DNA from: Candidatus Sericytochromatia bacterium
GTDB taxonomy: Bacteria > Cyanobacteriota > Sericytochromatia > S15B-MN24 > VGJW01
Direction of reading: 5' to 3'
Assembly: GCA_035285865.1 (NCBI GenBank)
Contig: JAYKHS010000028.1
Span: 32,001 to 96,000, forward strand
Length of the DNA stretch: 64,000 nucleotides
Below, in pieces: positions 38,077 to 47,550 of the stretch. Under the pieces are notes generated by a model. It saw nothing but the letters and a program-made list of their open reading frames with translations, was not told the DNA's origin and searched no databases. The position numbers and the translations under genes are program-made. Position 1 is the first letter of the stretch. Every line of letters begins with the position of its first letter.

Positions 38077-38859
38077 TCAGGGACGGAGGAGGCGCATCGT
38101 CAGGATGCTGCCCTCATAGAGGAGCAACAGCATCCCGGCCATCATGACCTGGGACAGCACGTCGGGCGATGGGGAGATCACGGCCCCGAGAATGAAGGCC
38201 CCGAGAATGGCCGGCCGCCGGAATGCAGTCAGTTGGCGCCATGTCACGAATCCGGCAAGGCCAAGCGCAACCAGGACGACTGGCAGTTCGAAAACCACGC
38301 CCGTGGCGAAGAGGAACAGCGCACAGAAATCCAAGACGGAGGCGACCGTCAGCATCGGCATGATGCTGGTCGGGGTGAAGGCGACCAGAAATTGGAAACC
38401 GATGGGCAGCAGGGCGAAGTAGGAGAAGGAGAGTCCGGCGGCGAAGAGGACCACGGCCCCGATGACGAGCGGCACGGCCAGACGCCGCTCTGCCGGCTTG
38501 AGGCCGGGTCTGATGAAGGCCATGACCTGCCAGAGGATGACCGGCAGCGCGACCGTAAGGCCTCCCAGGCCCGACATGTGCAGGGTCGCGAGGAAGTATT
38601 CGGCCGGACGGGTGGTCACCAGTTTGCCAAGGCCGCCAAGGGGACCCTCGACCGGGGCCAGCACCAGCGGGATCAGTTGATCGTGCAGGCCGAAACAGCC
38701 TAGGAAGCCGACCACGAGGGCCGCGATCGAGACGAGCAGCCGATGGCGCAGCTCTTCCAGATGCTCGACAGGACTCATCTCGCCCTGTTTGCGCCGCGGT
38801 TCGCTGGCCGCCGGGGTGGTCACGGCGGGTGAAGGAGTCAGGGGCGCCTGAGGTTCCAT
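38077..38859 (-). CDS. tatC: Twin-arginine translocase subunit TatC
   Basis: HLEELR.RL, F.RPGL...E, FELP, SP.PD. Confidence 0.93.
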   Translation of the reverse strand: MEPQAPLTPSPAVTTPAASEPRRKQGEMSPVEHLEELRHRLLVSIAALVVGFLGCFGLHDQLIPLVLAPVEGPLGGLGKLVTTRPAEYFLATLHMSGLGGLTVALPVILWQVMAFIRPGLKPAERRLAVPLVIGAVVLFAAGLSFSYFALLPIGFQFLVAFTPTSIMPMLTVASVLDFCALFLFATGVVFELPVVLVALGLAGFVTWRQLTAFRRPAILGAFILGAVISPSPDVLSQVMMAGMLLLLYEGSILTMRLLRP

Positions 38860-39467
38860 GACTGTCGCGATCCGTGCTTGGGGGGGCGCATGTGGCTCAT
38901 GATGCGCCGCATGCGGCCGGGACCGGAAGAGGGTTCCGCGAGAAAGCGCACGGCAAATGTCTGATGGCCGACCTTGCGCAGGACGCGGATACGCTCTTCG
39001 AGCGCGCCGTCTCTCAACTCGAGCGTCACCGAGACGTCCTTGCCGACCGGCAGCGAGACGGGGCTGTGGAGCAGCATGCCGCCGCTGCTGACGTTCAGGG
39101 TGTGGCCTCTCGCCACGGCGCGCTCGAGCCTGAGGATGGCCGGGACCATCGCATCGAGACGCAGGGCGCCACGCTGGTCCCGGGAGGCCAGAGGGGCCGT
39201 TCCGGGCCTGGCTTTCCCGAGACCGAACTCGGGCAGAGCGGTTCGTATCTCCAGACGCTGACGCGCATGGATGAGCGGGACCTCGACAATGCCGGTCTGG
39301 CCATTGGGCCAGGTGATGACCACGTGGTCGGGCATCTCGACCGGTACGGGGAGTGCAAGCGTCACCTGACCCGCCATCACGGAACGGACCTGACCCTTGA
39401 GCAACAGCGGGCCCCACTGGACGTGGACCGGTTGTCCCGCTTCGAGGGGAACTCCGTCCGGGGTCAC
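38838..39467 (-). CDS. PilZ-domain protein
   Basis: RGALR (RxxxR) and NVSSGG motifs. Confidence 0.8.
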   Translation of the reverse strand: MTPDGVPLEAGQPVHVQWGPLLLKGQVRSVMAGQVTLALPVPVEMPDHVVITWPNGQTGIVEVPLIHARQRLEIRTALPEFGLGKARPGTAPLASRDQRGALRLDAMVPAILRLERAVARGHTLNVSSGGMLLHSPVSLPVGKDVSVTLELRDGALEERIRVLRKVGHQTFAVRFLAEPSSGPGRMRRIMSHMRPPKHGSRQSWNLRRP

Positions 39468-40030
39468 GGCTGGGGATGCTGGCTGGGCTCGATGAGCCCG
39501 TAGTTGCCGTCGCGCCTGTGGTAGATGACGGCAAACTGGCCTGTCAGCCGATTGTGGAAAGTCAGGAAGTCCTTGCCCGAGAGGTCGAGCTGATAGGCGG
39601 CATCTTCGGGGGCGAGGTCCAGCACGACGGCGTCGCGGATCCGAACGATCTGCGGAGCTTCGTCCACTTGCGTGGGTTCGATGGCGGCTTCCTCGGCCAC
39701 GACGGCAACCGTCTTGGTCCGGGCGTGGCGCCTGTCCTCGAGGCGCTGCTTGTGGCGCTTGAGCTGTCGGGCAATCTTGTCCGAAACCAGATCGATCGAC
39801 GCATACATGTCCGTCGAGGCTTCCTCGCCCCGAATCAGGGTGCCGTTGGCATGCAGCGTCACTTCCACGATCTGGTTCTCGGAAACGGACGGGTTGCGGA
39901 TGACCGTCAACTCCACATGGGCTTGGCGGATGTCCTCCATGAAATGGGTCACGCGGCCCAGTTTTTCGCGGGCGTAATCCTTCAGGGCGTCCGTGATGAC
40001 GATGTTCTTGCCCTTGATCACCAGTTCCAT
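39464..40030 (-). CDS. hpf: Ribosome hibernation promoting factor (long HPF)
   Basis: IKGKNI.ITDALKDY, DMYASID, C-terminal YHRRDGNYGLIEP. Confidence 0.93.
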   Translation of the reverse strand: MELVIKGKNIVITDALKDYAREKLGRVTHFMEDIRQAHVELTVIRNPSVSENQIVEVTLHANGTLIRGEEASTDMYASIDLVSDKIARQLKRHKQRLEDRRHARTKTVAVVAEEAAIEPTQVDEAPQIVRIRDAVVLDLAPEDAAYQLDLSGKDFLTFHNRLTGQFAVIYHRRDGNYGLIEPSQHPQP

Positions 40031-40132
40031 CGGCAGGGTCCTCGCGGCGTGGGTGGGAGTCGGAAGAGGGGCGTGGCCCAGGCTAACCGTCGGGACCGGC
40101 CGACACAAGGCCCGGACCCCCGGCACGCCGTC

Positions 40133-40399
40133 TCAGCGGGGTTCGATCAAAAACTTGATGGCTGTGCGCTCCTCGCCTTCGATGGTGATGTCGATGAAGC
40201 CGGGGATGCACACCAGATCCATGCCCGCCGGGGCCACGTAACCTCGGGCGATGGCGATGGCCTTTACCGCTTGGTTGATGGCTCCGGCACCGATGGCCTG
40301 CATCTCGGCGCGCCCCTTTTCACGCAGGGCACCGGCCAATGCGCCGGCGACGGAGGAAGGGTTCGACTTCGCCGAGACCTTGAAGACGTTGGCGTCCAC
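40133..40399 (-). CDS. spoVS: SpoVS family protein
   Basis: KVSAKSNP.SVAGA, QAIGAGAINQAVKAIAIARG, EERTAI. Confidence 0.93.
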   Translation of the reverse strand: MDANVFKVSAKSNPSSVAGALAGALREKGRAEMQAIGAGAINQAVKAIAIARGYVAPAGMDLVCIPGFIDITIEGEERTAIKFLIEPR

Positions 40400-40425
40400 C
40401 GTGGGGTCCTGTTCGTGCGGTGTGT

Positions 40426-41217
40426 TCAGCGATGTTGGATGCGTTCGATCCGGAGCGTCCTGCCGGACGACGGATCCATCTGGAGCCAGGCGGCACAGAA
40501 GACGGTCGGCCCGTCGGCCACCTCGAACCTGACGGGAAGTTGTTCGCGCATCCGCCGTAGCGACTGCTCGGGTTTCATGCCCACCACGGAGTCCCATGGA
40601 CCGGTCATGCCGACATCTCCCATGTACCCGGTTCCCGAGGGAAAGATACGCTCGTCCGCCGTCTGGACATGCGTGTGGCTGCCGGTCACCGCAGCGACAC
40701 GTCCATCCATGTGGCGGGCCAGTGCCTGCTTCTCGGCCGTCGCCTCGGCGTGGACATCCACGAGGATCAGGTCCGCCTCGGCTTCATCGAGGGCGGCAAT
40801 TTCGGCATCCGCCGCGCGGAACGGACAGTCGGACAGGCCCATGAACGCACGGCCCTGCAGCTGGAAAAGACCGATGCCGTGGCCTCGCACCATGTGGATG
40901 AGTCGGGATTTGCCGGGCGTGCCGGGCGGATAGTTGGCCGGTCGGACGATGTCGTCGCAGTGGTCGATGAACTCGAAGATTTCCTTCTTGTCCCACGCAT
41001 GGTTGCCGAGGGTAATCAGGTCGACACCGGCATCCTTCAGTGCGTGGTAGCTGCGCATTGACAGGCCGAAGCCCCGATCCGCGTTTTCACCGTTTGCGAT
41101 GACCAGATCCACGGGCCGTTCGCCGCGGACTCGGCGGATGCCCTCCGCGGCCGCCGCAATCCCGGGGCTGCCCACGACATCCCCGAGCACGAGGATGCCG
41201 AGGGTCTCAGCGGGCAT
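40426..41217 (-). CDS. ymdB: YmdB-like metallophosphoesterase
   Basis: GDVVG, NGEN, GNH, HAEATAEK, GSHTHV. Confidence 0.93.
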   Translation of the reverse strand: MPAETLGILVLGDVVGSPGIAAAAEGIRRVRGERPVDLVIANGENADRGFGLSMRSYHALKDAGVDLITLGNHAWDKKEIFEFIDHCDDIVRPANYPPGTPGKSRLIHMVRGHGIGLFQLQGRAFMGLSDCPFRAADAEIAALDEAEADLILVDVHAEATAEKQALARHMDGRVAAVTGSHTHVQTADERIFPSGTGYMGDVGMTGPWDSVVGMKPEQSLRRMREQLPVRFEVADGPTVFCAAWLQMDPSSGRTLRIERIQHR

Positions 41218-42754
41218 GCTCGGTGCTCCGCGTTTCCCGGATCACGATGACCTTGATCTGGCCGGGGTACTGGAGCTCGTCCTCGATGCGTCGTGCGATG
41301 TCACGAGCCAGCCGGGCGGCCATCAGATCGTCGACATGCTCGGGAGCCACCACGACACGGATCTCGCGTCCCGCCTGGACTGCGAAGACCTTCTCCACGC
41401 CCTCGAAGGATCTGGCGATGGTCTCGAGGCCTTCCATCCGCTTTATGTAAATATCTACGTTCTCTCGACGGGCACCCGGTCGTGCAGCTGAGACGGCGTC
41501 GGCGACCTGGACGAGGACGGCTTCGGCGGACTGGGGTTCCACGTCGTGATGGTGGGCGCGGATGGCGTGTACGACGGCATCCGACTCGCCATGCCGGGCG
41601 GCAAGGTCGGCACCGATGACCGCGTGGGCCCCTTCCTGCTCGTGCGAGACGGCTTTGCCCAGATCGTGAAAGAGTGCGGCGCGCTTGGTCGTCTCGACAT
41701 CGGCTCCGACCTCCGCCGCCAGTGCTGCTGCCACGTGGGCCACCTCCCGGGCGTGGGCCAGGACGTTCTGGCCATAGCTCGTGCGGTACCGGAGGCGGCC
41801 AAGGGTGCGGACGATCTCGGGGTGAACGCCCACGATGCCCAGGTCAATCAGGGCTTTTTCCCCTTCGGTCCGCAGGCCGTCCTCGACTTCCTCGCGGGCC
41901 TTGGCCACCTGCTCCTCGATGCGGCTGGGATGGAAGCGGCCGTCGGCAATCATGCGCTCGAGGGCGACACGGGCAATCTCGCGCCGGACCGGGTCGAAGG
42001 ATGACAGCACGATGGCTTCGGGCGTGTCGTCGATGATGAGGTCGATGCCCGTGGCGTTCTCGATGGCACGGATGTTGCGGCCCTCGCGACCGATGATTCT
42101 GCCCTTGGTTTCTTCCGAGGGAAGGGGGACGACCGAGACCGTTCGTTCTATGCAGTGGTCGACCGCCGTGCGCTGGATGGCCGTGGTGACGATGTCCCGG
42201 GCCTTCAGGGCGACCTGATCGCGCAATTCCTGCTCGGCACGGGCCAGGCGCTCGCTGCGTTCGCGCTGCAGACTCTCCTCGAGCCGGGCAAGCAACTGCT
42301 GGCGGGCGACGTCACGGGACAGGCCGGCGACTTCGGCAAGCTTCTCTTCATGCTCCCGGCGCACCGTGTCCAGACTGGCAGCCCGGTCGTCGAGGTCTCG
42401 CTGGTTGCGCTCGAGCTTCGCCTTCTCTTCACGGAGGGCCTGCCAGTCGCGATTGAGTATCTCGCGATCGGCCTGAGTGGCCCTCTCGGCCTCGTTCCGG
42501 GCCTCAAGCCGTGCTTGGGCTCGGGCGGCTTCGATGGCTGCCTCCTGTGTCTGGGCGAAGGCCTCGTGATCCCGCCGGGCAATCAGTTGCCTACTTTCGG
42601 CATCGCGTTCGGCGAGCGCCAGCCGGGTGCGGGCCTCGGAAACGCGCATCTGGCCCCACAGGATGGCCAGCGCGGCCCCGATCGAGGAAGCCACGGACAC
42701 GATGATGGGCAGGGACGTGGACACGGATGCGGGACCTTCGAGGCTGGAGCGCAA
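41207..42754 (-). CDS. rny: Ribonuclease Y
   Basis: N-terminal TM, coiled coil, KH (KGRIIGREGRNIR), HD domain, SAARPGAR. Confidence 0.95.
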   Translation of the reverse strand: MRSSLEGPASVSTSLPIIVSVASSIGAALAILWGQMRVSEARTRLALAERDAESRQLIARRDHEAFAQTQEAAIEAARAQARLEARNEAERATQADREILNRDWQALREEKAKLERNQRDLDDRAASLDTVRREHEEKLAEVAGLSRDVARQQLLARLEESLQRERSERLARAEQELRDQVALKARDIVTTAIQRTAVDHCIERTVSVVPLPSEETKGRIIGREGRNIRAIENATGIDLIIDDTPEAIVLSSFDPVRREIARVALERMIADGRFHPSRIEEQVAKAREEVEDGLRTEGEKALIDLGIVGVHPEIVRTLGRLRYRTSYGQNVLAHAREVAHVAAALAAEVGADVETTKRAALFHDLGKAVSHEQEGAHAVIGADLAARHGESDAVVHAIRAHHHDVEPQSAEAVLVQVADAVSAARPGARRENVDIYIKRMEGLETIARSFEGVEKVFAVQAGREIRVVVAPEHVDDLMAARLARDIARRIEDELQYPGQIKVIVIRETRSTEHAR

Positions 42755-42842
42755 CGCGGGCTTGCCGACTGGTCATGATAGCACGCACTCCCTGTCCGAT
42801 CCGGCCGTGCGGTCCGATCGGGCAGCGGGGCACGATGGCCCC

Positions 42843-43058
42843 ATGATCGAGGCCGAGGTGCACCGGAACGACGAACTGCTGATGCGCCGGACCTTTGCCG
42901 ACGGGGCGCTCTCGCTCGAGGCCGTGCTGCGTCGGCTCGAGTTCTACGTTGTCGGCGAGCAGCTCAATGCCAGCGGCGAGTGCCTGCTCAGGGTCCGGTT
43001 CGGCGACGGGGGAGCGCCGGATCGACCGCAAGGAAGTGATCCCACCCCCGGCTCGTGA
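42843..43058 (+). CDS. Small hypothetical protein
   Basis: MIEAEVHRNDELL... plausible composition; overlaps thiL 3' end. Confidence 0.45.
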   Translation: MIEAEVHRNDELLMRRTFADGALSLEAVLRRLEFYVVGEQLNASGECLLRVRFGDGGAPDRPQGSDPTPGS

Positions 43059-44001
43059 GTCGCCTGCGGCTGCCCTCGGTCACCAGCCACGCTCCCTGTC
43101 CCGCCGTGACGGAGCCCAGCTCGCGCCAGCCCGGGGGCAGCGCGGCTTCAGGGGGGACGCAGGCGACAAGCCCGTAATCCTCGCCGCCGGCAAGCTGCCA
43201 CTGCCGAACGTCGGCTTCCGCGGCAACGGCCAATGCTTCCAGTGTGTCGTCTCCGGCCAGCTGTGCGTCCCGGATCTCGATGGCGACTCCTGAGGCCTCG
43301 GCGAGGGTTGCGGCAGAGGTGGCGAGGCCGTCCGAGTCGTCCATCAGGGCGAGACGCTCCATTTCGTACCAGGCGTCTGGCCAGGATGCCGGCTCAGGCC
43401 TGCGCTGGGCCTGCTCGGCACGGATGCGCACGGGCTCGGGGATGGCGGCCTCGGGATGCCGGAGGCACCACAGCCCCGCCGCGGCCCAGCCGAAGGGTCC
43501 GGACGCCACCAGTCGATCGCCGGGCCGCGCCGATCCACGGAGTACAGGGCGTAGCGTGGCACCCACGACCGTGACCGAGAGGCTGATGGGGCCTCGGCTG
43601 CCCGTGGTGTCACCTCCGACGACCGGCACGCCGAAGTGTCGGCATGCGTCGGCGAGTCCTGAGGCGAAGGCTTCCAGCCAGCTGGTCTCGAGATCGCCGG
43701 GAAGGGCCAGTCCAAGCACGCTCCAGAGTGGGTGCCCCCCCATGGCCCGGATATCCGAGACGTTCACGGCCAGTGCTTTCCAGGCGAGGTCTTCCGGGCT
43801 GAATGTGGCCCGCGTGAAGTGGATGTCTTCCACGAGCAAGTCGACCGTGGTCAGCAGGGACGTGTCTGAGGGTATGCGCGTCACGGCCGCGTCATCTCCG
43901 ATGCCGATCCAGGAAGCGGGCAGGCCGGTCCCGTCGAGATGTCGGGAAAGCACGTCGAGAATGCCGGCCTCCTTGATGGCGGCAAGGGTGGTTTTCTTCA
44001 T
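42988..44001 (-). CDS. thiL: Thiamine-monophosphate kinase
   Basis: GIGDDAA, VEDIHF, NVSDIRAMG, GGDT, DSDGL, GGEDY, GWDHF. Confidence 0.93.
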   Translation of the reverse strand: MKKTTLAAIKEAGILDVLSRHLDGTGLPASWIGIGDDAAVTRIPSDTSLLTTVDLLVEDIHFTRATFSPEDLAWKALAVNVSDIRAMGGHPLWSVLGLALPGDLETSWLEAFASGLADACRHFGVPVVGGDTTGSRGPISLSVTVVGATLRPVLRGSARPGDRLVASGPFGWAAAGLWCLRHPEAAIPEPVRIRAEQAQRRPEPASWPDAWYEMERLALMDDSDGLATSAATLAEASGVAIEIRDAQLAGDDTLEALAVAAEADVRQWQLAGGEDYGLVACVPPEAALPPGWRELGSVTAGQGAWLVTEGSRRRLTSRGWDHFLAVDPALPRRRTGP

Positions 44002-44132
44002 CTCTTCTTGACTCGGCTTTGGGCAAGTCTTGGGGTGATTCTCCAGATAATGAAGGCAGGACCCCAGACGTGACGATCTCCTCCGAAGCCTACCCCACTC
44101 CCGGCCAGTGCCGCACGGGGGAGACGGACCGC

Positions 44133-45182
44133 GTGCGTCGTGCATGTGGGGGCCCCTTGCTCGCCGCGATCGTGGCGCTGGCCACCACGGCTTGCGGTGT
44201 CACCGGAACCGGCATCCGCGATCTGGACCGTCCTGCCGCGGCCGCCCCCGATTTGCTGCCTGCGTTCGGTGGACAGGCCCAGCTCCTTCAGGGGGCTCCG
44301 GGTGGCGAGGCCTCCTGGCTTCGTCTCCAGGACGGCGCGCATCTGGTTGTCGTGGCCTCCGATCGACCCGGCGATCGGCATCTCTTCTTCGCGACCAGTG
44401 CCGACGGCCGCAACTGGTCGGCTTTCGTGCCGTTCACGACGGGCGCGCTGACGGACGTCGAGCCGGTGCTCTTCGCCTCTGCCCGCGGTGTCGAGTGCGT
44501 GTTTGCCTCCAATCGATGGCTTGCGCAGTACGCCCTCTACCGCACGACTTTCCGCGACGGGCGCTGGTCTGAGCCGGTTCGCCTCGAACTGGGGGCTGGT
44601 CCGCACCGTGCGCCGGCCGTCGTTCGCTCCGGGGACCGTTGGCTGCTTGCCTGGCAGGGACCCGATGGCGTGCGGGTGGCGTCCTCCGCGGACGGTCAGG
44701 CTTTCGGTCAGGGACGACTGGTTTTGGCGCAGCATGGTGATCCGACGGTGGCCGCGGTCGGTCAGCGGGTCGTCCTCGTGGCGCACCAGCGCAAGGCGCT
44801 GACGGCAAGCGTGCTCGACGGCGAGACATGGTCCGTGCCGGCACGGGTGCCCCTCGCGGCTCCGGCCTGGTCCCCGGCATTGGCCTCCGTGGCGACCGGA
44901 AGCGTGGCGCTGGCTTATGCGACCGCCCCCTCGGATCAGGCACCGGCTGCCCTGGGCCTTGCCCGCTGGGCAGATGCGCGCTGGACCGACATGGGCCGTG
45001 CGCTGTCCACGTCTGCCGAACTGGCCGCACCGGCATGGTGTGCCGGTCCCCAAGCACCCTTGTCGCTTCTGCTGGGTATGGACCTTTCAGGTCTCCAGCA
45101 GGGTCTCGCCCGTGTCACGTGGTCCTCCTTCCCGGAGGACGCCTCTGCCTCGTCGCCCGCCGGAGGTCCCGTCAACCCATGA
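44133..45182 (+). CDS. Lipoprotein with sialidase/Asp-box-like propeller
   Basis: Lipobox TTAC; SADGRNW and SADGQAF Asp-box-like repeats. Confidence 0.65.
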   Translation: MRRACGGPLLAAIVALATTACGVTGTGIRDLDRPAAAAPDLLPAFGGQAQLLQGAPGGEASWLRLQDGAHLVVVASDRPGDRHLFFATSADGRNWSAFVPFTTGALTDVEPVLFASARGVECVFASNRWLAQYALYRTTFRDGRWSEPVRLELGAGPHRAPAVVRSGDRWLLAWQGPDGVRVASSADGQAFGQGRLVLAQHGDPTVAAVGQRVVLVAHQRKALTASVLDGETWSVPARVPLAAPAWSPALASVATGSVALAYATAPSDQAPAALGLARWADARWTDMGRALSTSAELAAPAWCAGPQAPLSLLLGMDLSGLQQGLARVTWSSFPEDASASSPAGGPVNP

Positions 45183-46501
45183 GTGCATCCATGACTGCCG
45201 ATCGCCGCCTGCTGGGCGAAGTGCTCGTCTCCGGCCAGTTCATCACGGCCGAGGACCTCAATCGGGCCTTGTCCGAGCAGCGGGCCACCAACGAGCGCTT
45301 GGGCGAGGTGCTGGTCCGTCTCGGCATCCTGTCCGAAATGGAGTTGCATGCGGTCCTCGCCTATCAGGGCGTAGGTGACATGACGCCAGCGGAGCAGGGC
45401 GCCGCGGTCCGCTACAAGTTGGGTGAGCTCCTGCTCAAGGCGCGTCGCGTCAGCAAGCCCCAGCTGGAGCTTGCGCTCGCCGAGCAGGAGCGTACCAACG
45501 AACGCCTCGGCGAGGTGCTGCTGCGACTCGGTCTGATCTCCGGCTCCGAACTCGAAGCCGTGTTGACGTGGCAGGATGATCATTCCCGTCAGGGGGCCAA
45601 GGCCGTTCGCTTCGTGCTGGGCGAGGTGCTGGTCGCCTCGAAGGTCATCACCCGCGATCAGCTCGAGCAGGCCTTGGCCGAGCAGCAGCTCTCGCGTCGC
45701 CAGATCGGGGAAATCCTCGTCGAGGCGGGTTTCGTCAAGCAGAACCAGATCCTCGAGGCCCTGCGCATTCAGGGCAAGCTGGTCGCAGCCTCGGTCATCG
45801 GCATCATCGGGGCCGCGGCACTGACGGGCTGCGGGACCGGAGCGAGCCTGACGGGCATGAGCGTGTCGGGACTGGCTGTCGATGCCAAGGGTAACCCCGT
45901 GGACAATGTCCGCGGGTCGCGCATTCCCTACAGCACGATGGTCCGGGATGTCCGGACCGTCGCCGGCATGCAGGCCACCCAGGACTTCGCCGATGGGTCC
46001 CGGACCGTCAAGGACGTGCCCTGGTTCCACCAGGCGGCCGTGACGCGGGACGGTTCGCCGGACAACACCTGCGCTCAGGCCGCGATGTCCAGCGTGCTTC
46101 ACTATTGGCAGGGCGACGCAGCACCCGCCTATCAGCAGGTGGTCAACGAATCGAACTACTTCAATCTCGCGACCAACCAAGGCACCATCACCGAGTACCT
46201 CAAGAAGAAGGGCCTCTCGGTCAAGGCTTACAAGAACGGGACGGTCAACTACCTGAAGAGTGCGGTGGACTCCGGAAAACCCGTCATCTGCATGTTGCAG
46301 TTCGAGGTGCCGCACTACATCGTCGTGGTGGGCTACAACGAAGCTCAGGGCACCATCATCTACCACGATTCGATCGACGGTCCCAATCAGACCCTGTCGG
46401 AGCGCAAGTTCCTCAAGCACTGGCACCAGACGTCCATGAAGGACATGCCGCTGCTGGGCGGAGGCAACTACGTGGGGCTTGCCATCGAAGCCTCCCGCTG
46501 A
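45179..46501 (+). CDS. 3x MshEN + internal lipobox + C39-like cysteine peptidase
   Basis: Six LGE.L...LxxxLxxQ motifs in three pairs with 5-aa linkers; hydrophobic stretch ending LTGC; Q..C (NTCAQA), H (HYIVVVGY), D (YHDS). Confidence 0.85.
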   Translation: MSASMTADRRLLGEVLVSGQFITAEDLNRALSEQRATNERLGEVLVRLGILSEMELHAVLAYQGVGDMTPAEQGAAVRYKLGELLLKARRVSKPQLELALAEQERTNERLGEVLLRLGLISGSELEAVLTWQDDHSRQGAKAVRFVLGEVLVASKVITRDQLEQALAEQQLSRRQIGEILVEAGFVKQNQILEALRIQGKLVAASVIGIIGAAALTGCGTGASLTGMSVSGLAVDAKGNPVDNVRGSRIPYSTMVRDVRTVAGMQATQDFADGSRTVKDVPWFHQAAVTRDGSPDNTCAQAAMSSVLHYWQGDAAPAYQQVVNESNYFNLATNQGTITEYLKKKGLSVKAYKNGTVNYLKSAVDSGKPVICMLQFEVPHYIVVVGYNEAQGTIIYHDSIDGPNQTLSERKFLKHWHQTSMKDMPLLGGGNYVGLAIEASR

Positions 46502-46568
46502 CGGGATTCGGCGGCCTCTCCGCCCCCTTGACGGCAGGCCTGTCCAAGGGGGAACATGCCAATCCCCG

Positions 46569-46642
46569 GGGCGATTAGCTCAGTTGGTCAGAGCGCACGG
46601 TTCACATCCGTGAGGTCCACGGTTCAAGTCCGTGATCGCCCA
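46569..46642 (+). tRNA. tRNA-Val(CAC)
   Basis: GGGCGAT/ATCGCCC acceptor; CACGG-TTCACAT-CCGTG anticodon arm; GGTTCAAGTCC; no encoded CCA. Confidence 0.97.
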
Positions 46643-46647
46643 CCTCC

Positions 46648-46678
46648 AAGGTCGTCGGTGACTATCCGACGACCTTTT
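46648..46678 (+). terminator. Intrinsic terminator after tRNA-Val
   Basis: AAGGTCGTCGG-7nt-CCGACGACCTT followed by TT. Confidence 0.8.
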
Positions 46679-46736
46679 GCTTCGGCAGGTCTCCGGTTTT
46701 TGGTCGAAGCTTCAGCGCATCTTTGTTTCTGCTTAA

Positions 46737-46763
46737 GAAACCGCCCTCTCCGGCTGCCGACAA
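46737..46763 (+). promoter_or_regulatory. Sigma28-like promoter
   Basis: GAAA-N15-GCCGACAA versus consensus TAAA-N15-GCCGATAA. Confidence 0.45.
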
Positions 46764-46770
46764 CTCTTGC

Positions 46771-47550
46771 ATGAATCCCTCCTTCCTTCGCCGTGTCCGC
46801 CGACTCCCGGCTGCGCTCGGGGCGGTCGTCGCCTTGATGGGCCTTGTCGGTTGCGGACGCCCTGCGACGACTTCCGCGGTGCCCCGCGGTCCGGTCGCGC
46901 CCATGCTGCAGCCGTCGCCCCAGCAGCCCGTGCCCGGCCAGGACGGGGCCCGGATGGCGACCGAGATCCGCGGTCGGGTCGGCATGGCCTATCAGGGTGC
47001 CACGTCCATCCAAGCCAGCCTGAAGTCTTACATCCACAACGTTCAGACGGGCAAGACGGCCCGCTACGTGCTTGACAGCTGGTTCCAGAAGCCCGGTCGT
47101 TCCGCCTACAAGGTCCGTGAGTCGACCGAGGCCAGCACTATTGGCACCAAGATGATCGTCGACGGCAACGGACAGGTGCAGGTGCGCACCAAGTTCGCCG
47201 GCTTCTGGGTCAACACCACCCTGCCAGAAACCGACGAGCGGACAAGGACCGCGCGCGGAGACGGGATGTCGGATACCGCCTTGCCGCGCATGATGCAGGT
47301 TTTGCTCGATCCGCAGGCCCAGGTACAGTTCCTTGGTCAGGCTCAGGTGGCCGGCCGTCAGGTCTCGATTCTGGAACTCCGCAGCGCGATGATGCTGCCG
47401 CGCGTCACACACGAGCGCTATGCCATCGACATGGCGACAGGCATGCCCTACAGCCGCGAGTGCTACGAGGCCGGCAAGCTGACCTATCAGCTGACCATCG
47501 AACAGGTCCGCCTCAACCAGCCCGATCCGGCCGCCTTCCTGCTGCAATGA
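46771..47550 (+). CDS. Lipoprotein, LolA-like fold
   Basis: Lipobox LVGC; WFQKPG, IDMATGMP, C-terminal P.AAF. Confidence 0.65.
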   Translation: MNPSFLRRVRRLPAALGAVVALMGLVGCGRPATTSAVPRGPVAPMLQPSPQQPVPGQDGARMATEIRGRVGMAYQGATSIQASLKSYIHNVQTGKTARYVLDSWFQKPGRSAYKVRESTEASTIGTKMIVDGNGQVQVRTKFAGFWVNTTLPETDERTRTARGDGMSDTALPRMMQVLLDPQAQVQFLGQAQVAGRQVSILELRSAMMLPRVTHERYAIDMATGMPYSRECYEAGKLTYQLTIEQVRLNQPDPAAFLLQ

